Shown one piece after another: positions 58,836 through 64,000 of a stretch of DNA of 64,000 nt (positions are counted from its first letter, which is position 1; the number at the start of each line of letters is the position of its first letter). The translations under genes and the position numbers were made by a program. The DNA lies in the NCBI GenBank assembly GCA_963822945.1, contig CAWGJO010000017.1, forward strand, positions 1 to 64,000, in the 5' to 3' direction. The notes under the pieces were generated by a model, which was given only the letters and a program-made list of their open reading frames with translations, was not told the DNA's origin and did no database searches. The stretch is from an uncultured Gemmatimonadaceae bacterium (lineage in GTDB: Bacteria > Gemmatimonadota > Gemmatimonadetes > Gemmatimonadales > Gemmatimonadaceae).

Positions 58836-60350
58836 TCAAACCGAAGGTCGCTCCACCGCGCGCCAGAGGAAGTACACGGGAATGCCGATGGCCACGATCA
58901 CGAGGCCGGAAACAGCTTCGGTCCGTGAATGCGGCGACATCAGAATAAGAATCATAACCCCCGCCGCCATGGCGAGGTACACGGCCGGCACGAATGGATA
59001 CGCGATCACCCGATACGGGCGCTCGGCGTCCGGCCGCTTGCGTCGCAGAATGAACAACCCGGCGCTCGTCAGCACGTAGAACACCAGGTTGGCGAAGATC
59101 ACATAGTTGAGCAGTTGACCGTAGGTGCCACTGAGACAGAGGATGGCCGTCCACACCGACTGCAACACCAGCCCCACCGCCGGCACCCCCCGCTCGCTCA
59201 GGTTGCCGGCCGCCCGGAAGAACAGGCCGTCACGCGACATCGCGTAGTACACGCGCGCCCCGGCCAGGATGAGCCCGTTCATGCATCCGAAGGTCGAGAT
59301 CAGGATGCCGATGGCCATCATCGTGCCGCCCGCCGCGCCGAACATCTGCTCCATGGCGGCGGTGCCCAGCCGATCCTGCGTCGCGTGCGTCAGCCCGCGG
59401 GCGAGGACCGTCGCCCCGTTGGGATCTCCGTGAAAGGGGAGCACGCTCAGGTACGATACGTTCGTCAGGAAGTACAGTCCCGTCACCAGCCCCGTACCCA
59501 TGATCAGCGCCAGGGGAAGGTTGCGCTGCGGATTCTTCACTTCGGCCGCCGCGAAGGTGACGTTGTTCCAGGCGTCGCTCGAGAACAGGGAGCCGACGAA
59601 CGCGGCGCCGAACGCCACGACCCAGGCTCCGTTGAGGTCCACGTGTCCCCAGAACTGGCCGTGGCCGAAGTTCGCCGCGATCGCCGTCGCGTTCCTCCCG
59701 ACCGTGAGCCCGAGCCCCATCAGGAGGATGAGCACGCCGGTCTTCACGATGGTCAGCGAGGTCTGCACGAACTTCCCCTCGCGCACGCCCCGCAGGTTGA
59801 TCCAGGTGAGGATGCCGATGGCCACGAGGGCGATGAGCCGCTGCGGCGAGAGGCCGAACTCGATGGCCTGGGACGGGTCGCTGCACCCCAGCCAGCCGAC
59901 GCAGGCGGCGGTATGCGGGAACCAGCCGTAGAGCGCCGGCGAGATGCTGGGCGCCAGGACGCCCAGGAACTTGCCGAATGCCACGCCGACGGCGGCGATC
60001 GTGCCGGTCTGAATCACGGCAAACAGGGTCCATCCGTACAAAAAGCCCAACAACGGGCTGTAGGATTCGCGCAGGAAGATGTACTGGCCGCCGGCTCGGG
60101 GGAACATGGCCGCGAGTTCGCCCCAGGTGAGCGCCCCGAAGCATGTCATCACACCGGTGAGCAGCCAGGCCATGAGGAGCCAGCCCGGGGAACCCACCGA
60201 ACGCCCCATGTCCGCCGAGACGATGAAGATGCCGGAACCGATCATCGCCCCCGCCACGAGCATGGTGGCGTCGGTGAGGGTGATGGCCTTGATGAATCCG
60301 GTGTGTGGCTGTGCCGATGACTCGTCGGTCGGGGCGGTCACGTTCGACAT
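58836..60350 (-). CDS. APC family amino acid permease
   Basis: GAMIGSGIF, ELAAMFPRAGGQY, DAWNNVTF and ARVYYAMSRDG. Confidence 0.92.
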   Translation of the reverse strand: MSNVTAPTDESSAQPHTGFIKAITLTDATMLVAGAMIGSGIFIVSADMGRSVGSPGWLLMAWLLTGVMTCFGALTWGELAAMFPRAGGQYIFLRESYSPLLGFLYGWTLFAVIQTGTIAAVGVAFGKFLGVLAPSISPALYGWFPHTAACVGWLGCSDPSQAIEFGLSPQRLIALVAIGILTWINLRGVREGKFVQTSLTIVKTGVLILLMGLGLTVGRNATAIAANFGHGQFWGHVDLNGAWVVAFGAAFVGSLFSSDAWNNVTFAAAEVKNPQRNLPLALIMGTGLVTGLYFLTNVSYLSVLPFHGDPNGATVLARGLTHATQDRLGTAAMEQMFGAAGGTMMAIGILISTFGCMNGLILAGARVYYAMSRDGLFFRAAGNLSERGVPAVGLVLQSVWTAILCLSGTYGQLLNYVIFANLVFYVLTSAGLFILRRKRPDAERPYRVIAYPFVPAVYLAMAAGVMILILMSPHSRTEAVSGLVIVAIGIPVYFLWRAVERPSV

Positions 60351-60514
60351 TCAGATCCCGGTTGGAGCTGGGAAGTCGGCCCGCAGAGGGGGCGCGCCGG
60401 AGGCGGGAAGCCGGCCAAAGATAATGCCTTGCGCGACGGGAACGTAAGAGGCAATTGGCAGCCGACGGGGGCCAGCCGTGACCGGTCAGAACCCGGGCCG
60501 CCGACGGCCAGCGG

Positions 60515-61390
60515 TCAGTAGAGATCGACCACGATCTGGGCCTTCATGTGGACCGGGACGCCATCCGGGGTCGTTCCGGGCCGGAACTTGAAGGAACGGA
60601 AGATCTCGCTCAAGCGGCGGTTGTAGCCGCGGTTCGGGGTCGGGGTGAAGTCCATGCTCAGTACCCGCCCCGTGGAGTCCACGTCGAATTCCGCCACGAG
60701 ATGGAATCCCTTCACGTTGTCCGGAATGGGATACGGCGGCAGAAAGACCTCGATGGGCTGCGGCGGGTAATTGGCCTGCATTCCCCCACCGGTGCCCGGC
60801 CCGTTCCCGGATCCGCGCCCCGTGCCGACCCCGGAGCCCACGCCCCCGCCGCGCCCCGGCCCGTTGCCGGCACTGCCATCGCGGCCCGAGCCGCCCCCCA
60901 CTCCGGCAATGACGGAGACATCGAGCGGCTTGAGCGCCGGTGCGGCGATCGTGGGAGTCGGCGTGACCGCATCGGGCACGACCTGGGGCTTGGGGAGCAC
61001 GGGCGGCTTCACGGGAACCGGCTTGGGCGGGGGCGGCCGCACGGTGGCCGGCGCCGGTTTGGGGGCCGGCGCAACGGACACGAATTCGACGTGCTCGGTG
61101 GCGCGCCGCGTCTGGCCCCCGGTGCCTCCACGGCCCCCTCCGCCCCCACCAGCCGGCCCCGGCCCTCCCGCCCCCTGCGCCATCTCGTGGATGGGGTGGT
61201 GGACCATGAACGGCGTGATCAGGAGGTAGAGGATGAGCAGATGGACGATCAACGACACGACCGTGCCCAGGCGGCGGTTTTCGCGCCCCTTGGGAAGTCC
61301 CAGGGGCACGCGATAAGGCGGCCGGGCGGGACGTCGGGTCGGATCGAAGGTGGATGGCATCGGCATTGGCAGCACGCGGGCGCGGGGCAT
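60515..61390 (-). CDS. TonB-like protein (TM anchor, Pro- and Gly-rich linker, TonB_C-like end)
   Basis: SLIVH TM motif, PPPPKPVPVKPP, GxGxG repeats and FDVDSTGRV...FKFRPG. Confidence 0.7.
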   Translation of the reverse strand: MPRARVLPMPMPSTFDPTRRPARPPYRVPLGLPKGRENRRLGTVVSLIVHLLILYLLITPFMVHHPIHEMAQGAGGPGPAGGGGGGRGGTGGQTRRATEHVEFVSVAPAPKPAPATVRPPPPKPVPVKPPVLPKPQVVPDAVTPTPTIAAPALKPLDVSVIAGVGGGSGRDGSAGNGPGRGGGVGSGVGTGRGSGNGPGTGGGMQANYPPQPIEVFLPPYPIPDNVKGFHLVAEFDVDSTGRVLSMDFTPTPNRGYNRRLSEIFRSFKFRPGTTPDGVPVHMKAQIVVDLY

Positions 61391-61402
61391 CGCCCCCTCC
61401 CG

Positions 61403-61452
61403 AAAACGTAATACGACGGACGAGCCCCGAAGGGTTCGTCCGTCGTATTACG
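61403..61452 (-). terminator. Strong intrinsic terminator with a cUUCGg loop after the second exbD
   Basis: CGTAATACGACGGACGAACCC-TTCG-GGGCTCGTCCGTCGTATTACG-TTTT: 21-position stem with one mismatch. Confidence 0.85.
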
Positions 61453-61473
61453 AATTGCCGTTCCTGCCGGAAA

Positions 61474-61917
61474 TCAGCTCTTGCAGGAGCTGGTCGACGT
61501 TCCGCCCGGGGTGTCCTTGGGAGGCACGCCGATGACCTTCACCCCCGCACCGCGCGAGATGTCCATGGCGTCGATGACGTCCTGAACCTTCACGCGGGGA
61601 TCGCCCTTGATGAAGATGATCTTGTCGGGGCGCGGGTCGTAGATGTCGTGCAGTTCCTGCGCCAGCTGGTCGTGCGAGTAGATCTTGGTATTGATCGCGT
61701 AGCAGCCGTCGAGGCCTACTTCGAGCACGATCTGGTCGGACTTGGCGTTGGCCGGCGCGACCGATGGATTGGGATCGGGCAACTGCAGATCGATGGCCTT
61801 CCGCATGCTCGGCAGCGCTGCCATGAAGATGATGAGCAGCACGAGCAAGACGTCGATCATGGGCGTCATGTTGGGCTCGTTGGTGAGCCCGCCCTGCCCG
61901 CCGGTTGACATAGCCAT
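61474..61917 (-). CDS. exbD: ExbD/TolR family protein
   Basis: NMTPMIDVLLVLLIIFM and FIKGD. Confidence 0.9.
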   Translation of the reverse strand: MAMSTGGQGGLTNEPNMTPMIDVLLVLLIIFMAALPSMRKAIDLQLPDPNPSVAPANAKSDQIVLEVGLDGCYAINTKIYSHDQLAQELHDIYDPRPDKIIFIKGDPRVKVQDVIDAMDISRGAGVKVIGVPPKDTPGGTSTSSCKS

Positions 61918-62402
61918 TAGTTGCTACCTCCACCAGGCGCCGGCGGAGCGTCCTTGCTGTCGCCCGGCACCGTGGACACCGTTCCCGGCTTCTGATCGCC
62001 GATCATCGCCACGACGCGCACCCCGTTCTTGGCCGCGAGGTCCATGGCGTCGAGCACCTTCTCGTAGGCCAGGTCCTTGTCCGCCTTGATGTACAGGATG
62101 TAGTCGTCGCGATCGGGCTGCGAGTAGATGCCCTTGAGGATCGGGGCGATCTGATCGTAGGGAATCGGCTTCTTGTTGAAGTAGTAGTTCCCATCCTTGT
62201 CGATGCCGAGCACCTGGTCGGTGTTCGAGTCTTCGGGATGGTCCTTGATGTTCTGCGCATCGGGCGGGGTTGCGTTGAACCCCGCCAACAGGGCCGGCGT
62301 GACCACCATGAAGATGATCAGGAGCACCAACATGACGTCGATCATCGGCGTCACGTTGGGCGTGCTCTGAACGCTGCCCCCGCTTTGTGGCGAGAAAGCC
62401 AT
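61917..62402 (-). CDS. exbD: ExbD/TolR family protein
   Basis: NVTPMIDVMLVLLIIFMV and YIKADK. Confidence 0.9.
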   Translation of the reverse strand: MAFSPQSGGSVQSTPNVTPMIDVMLVLLIIFMVVTPALLAGFNATPPDAQNIKDHPEDSNTDQVLGIDKDGNYYFNKKPIPYDQIAPILKGIYSQPDRDDYILYIKADKDLAYEKVLDAMDLAAKNGVRVVAMIGDQKPGTVSTVPGDSKDAPPAPGGGSN

Positions 62403-62432
62403 GAGCCAGACTCCTCAGTCGAAGGGGCGAAC

Positions 62433-63170
62433 CTACTGCTTGATCGGCGCGCCGGCGCTGGTCGACGCGTTGAATTCGCGCGTGAACCGCGAACGGCCGA
62501 ACTCGCCCGACACACCCTTGATCAGGTAGTCGATCATCTCCTTCGACACGTAGGTCATTTCCGCCGTCAGGTTGTCGATCTTGGTCGTGAAGTAGTTGTA
62601 CGCCCACACGGCCGGGATGGCGACGATGAGGCCGAAGGCCGTCGTGATCAGGGCTTCCGAGATACCGCCGCCGATCGACGCGAGACCGCCGGAGCCGGAC
62701 ACGGCCATGCCCTGGAACGCGTTCACGATACCCATCGTGGTGCCGAGCAGTCCGACGAACGGCGCCGTGGCGCCCACCGTGGCGAGCACGGCCAGGCCGC
62801 GCTTCAGGTTGGTGATCTCGAGGAGCATGTTCCGCTCCACCGCGCGCTCCGCCGAGTTGATGTCGGCGACGGTGACGGACCCGTCCTGGATGAGGGGCTT
62901 CACTTCACCGAGCGCGCCGCCGAGCACGAGGGCCACGTGCGACCGCTTGTAGCTTTCGGCCAGGTTGATCGCCTCGGTGAGGTTGTCCTCCTCGAGGAAC
63001 TGGGAGAATTCGGGGGCGAACTTGATGGTTTCCTTCTGCGCCCGCCGCAGGCTCCACCACTTCGAGACCATGATCGTCAGGGAGTAGATGGACATCGCCG
63101 CCAGCACGAACACAATGCCTTTGGCGAAATAGCCCATCGAGCGCCACAGACCAAGCATTGAGACATCCAT
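62433..63170 (-). CDS. exbB: MotA/TolQ/ExbB proton channel protein
   Basis: LATVGATAPFVGLLGT and GISEALITTAFGLIVAIPA. Confidence 0.92.
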   Translation of the reverse strand: MDVSMLGLWRSMGYFAKGIVFVLAAMSIYSLTIMVSKWWSLRRAQKETIKFAPEFSQFLEEDNLTEAINLAESYKRSHVALVLGGALGEVKPLIQDGSVTVADINSAERAVERNMLLEITNLKRGLAVLATVGATAPFVGLLGTTMGIVNAFQGMAVSGSGGLASIGGGISEALITTAFGLIVAIPAVWAYNYFTTKIDNLTAEMTYVSKEMIDYLIKGVSGEFGRSRFTREFNASTSAGAPIKQ

Positions 63171-63233
63171 AATTCGTCGAGCTCCGATAAGGGATGCGGG
63201 GTGAGCGACCGCGCGTGCAGCGGTCGGAAGAGA

Positions 63234-63947
63234 CTAGCGACCGGCGAGACTGAACTGGAACGGCTGTTGGACGAGTTGCTTGACCTTGTGGCCGCCGATC
63301 TCCGCGGGGGTGTACCGGTAGTTCCGCAGCGCGTTCTTGACGGCCTGCGTGAACAAGTCGTGCGAGGACTTGATCACCTTGAAGGTGCTCATGTCGGCCC
63401 GGCCGTTCGTGTCGACCACGAACGACGCGACGACTTCACCCTCGACGTTGGCGGACCGCAGCATGTCGGGGTAGTGCGGACCGGGCTGCCCGGGCACCAT
63501 GTCGGCCACCTTCTCCACCTGGAACGAATAGAACGTGTTGTTCTCGTTCGGCGGAGCCGTGCCGCCAGCGACGCCCTTGGCGATACCTCCGGCGACGCCC
63601 TTGCCGCTGAAGTCGGCGGCGTTGGTGACGCTCTTGGAGAGGTCGATCTTGGGCAGCACGTCGGGAATCTTGATGGGGGCCGTCAGCACCTGGAAGCCCT
63701 TGGGCGGCGGGGGCGCCACGACAGCTTGCGGCGGCGGCGCCTTCTCCTTGGGCGGCGGGGGCGGCTCCTTCTTCTGGACCGTGACGAAATCGACCTTCTC
63801 CGCCTTCGGCTTCTCGAGCTTCTGCGCGGCGTTGGCCGTCGCATAGACCGCACCCCCAATGAGCAGGGTGTGGATCACGAAACTCATGAACATGCCGCCG
63901 GCGGTTCTCTGCCGCTTCGCCTTGGATTCGATCAGGTTGTTGAACAT
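63234..63947 (-). CDS. tonB: Energy transducer TonB
   Basis: SFVIH TM anchor, Pro-rich linker and YP...EGEVVASFVVDTNG...YTPA. Start at ATG 63947. Confidence 0.9.
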   Translation of the reverse strand: MFNNLIESKAKRQRTAGGMFMSFVIHTLLIGGAVYATANAAQKLEKPKAEKVDFVTVQKKEPPPPPKEKAPPPQAVVAPPPPKGFQVLTAPIKIPDVLPKIDLSKSVTNAADFSGKGVAGGIAKGVAGGTAPPNENNTFYSFQVEKVADMVPGQPGPHYPDMLRSANVEGEVVASFVVDTNGRADMSTFKVIKSSHDLFTQAVKNALRNYRYTPAEIGGHKVKQLVQQPFQFSLAGR

Positions 63948-64000
63948 GGTCCTCGCAAATCCGGCCTGAGGGAGGGACAACACACTGAGCTTGCACGGGG

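Noticed and set aside
60780..61180. GC-rich short repeats in the TonB-like gene (and in the E2 and LysM linkers)
   Set aside because: They are explained by Gly-, Pro- and Ala-rich coding linkers, not by DNA repeat elements.
61448..61500. Alternative C-terminus of the second ExbD through a frameshift (…NVDQLLQELISGRNGNS)
   Set aside because: The ExbD domain is already complete in frame, and the alternative stop falls inside the terminator stem.

Overview
High-GC bacterial chromosomal segment. Gene order and protein style (long SecA with N-terminal insertions, RpoA, BamD, divergent mPPase) suggest Gemmatimonadota; this assignment is an inference. The window holds about 67 genes, almost all on the minus strand, plus one tRNA-Leu(CAG). 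I found no CRISPR array, prophage, integrase or IS. Main blocks: tolQR/epimerase/hemA/ccsA; lysM-ssb-rimI-tsaB-tsaE-uvrB; rel-radC-secA-nadD-bamD; a nucleotide-sugar cluster (gmd, rmd, wbpD/B/E/A-like, ugd, uxs) with carB embedded in it; a stand-alone alpha ribosomal operon (rpmJ-rpsM-rpsK-rpsD-rpoA-rplQ-rpmB); pyrF-pyrD-amidase-smpB; Rrf2, aspA and trxB; an 11-gene run from a CDP-alcohol phosphotransferase and ino1 through an orphan E2 and six unknown proteins; a plus-strand probable peptidoglycan-recycling module containing iscA; amino-acid transporters flanking a divergent membrane pyrophosphatase; and a tonB-exbB-exbD-exbD-tonB-like cluster. About 11 frameshift points in eight conserved genes look like long-read consensus errors. 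The best leads are: a structured 217-nt rpsD-rpoA spacer with mutually exclusive pairings, an uncharacterised Cys-rich Rossmann protein paired with a His-for-Tyr SDR, the inositol-lipid operon with unknown partners, and carB inside the sugar cluster. None is proven novel without database searches.
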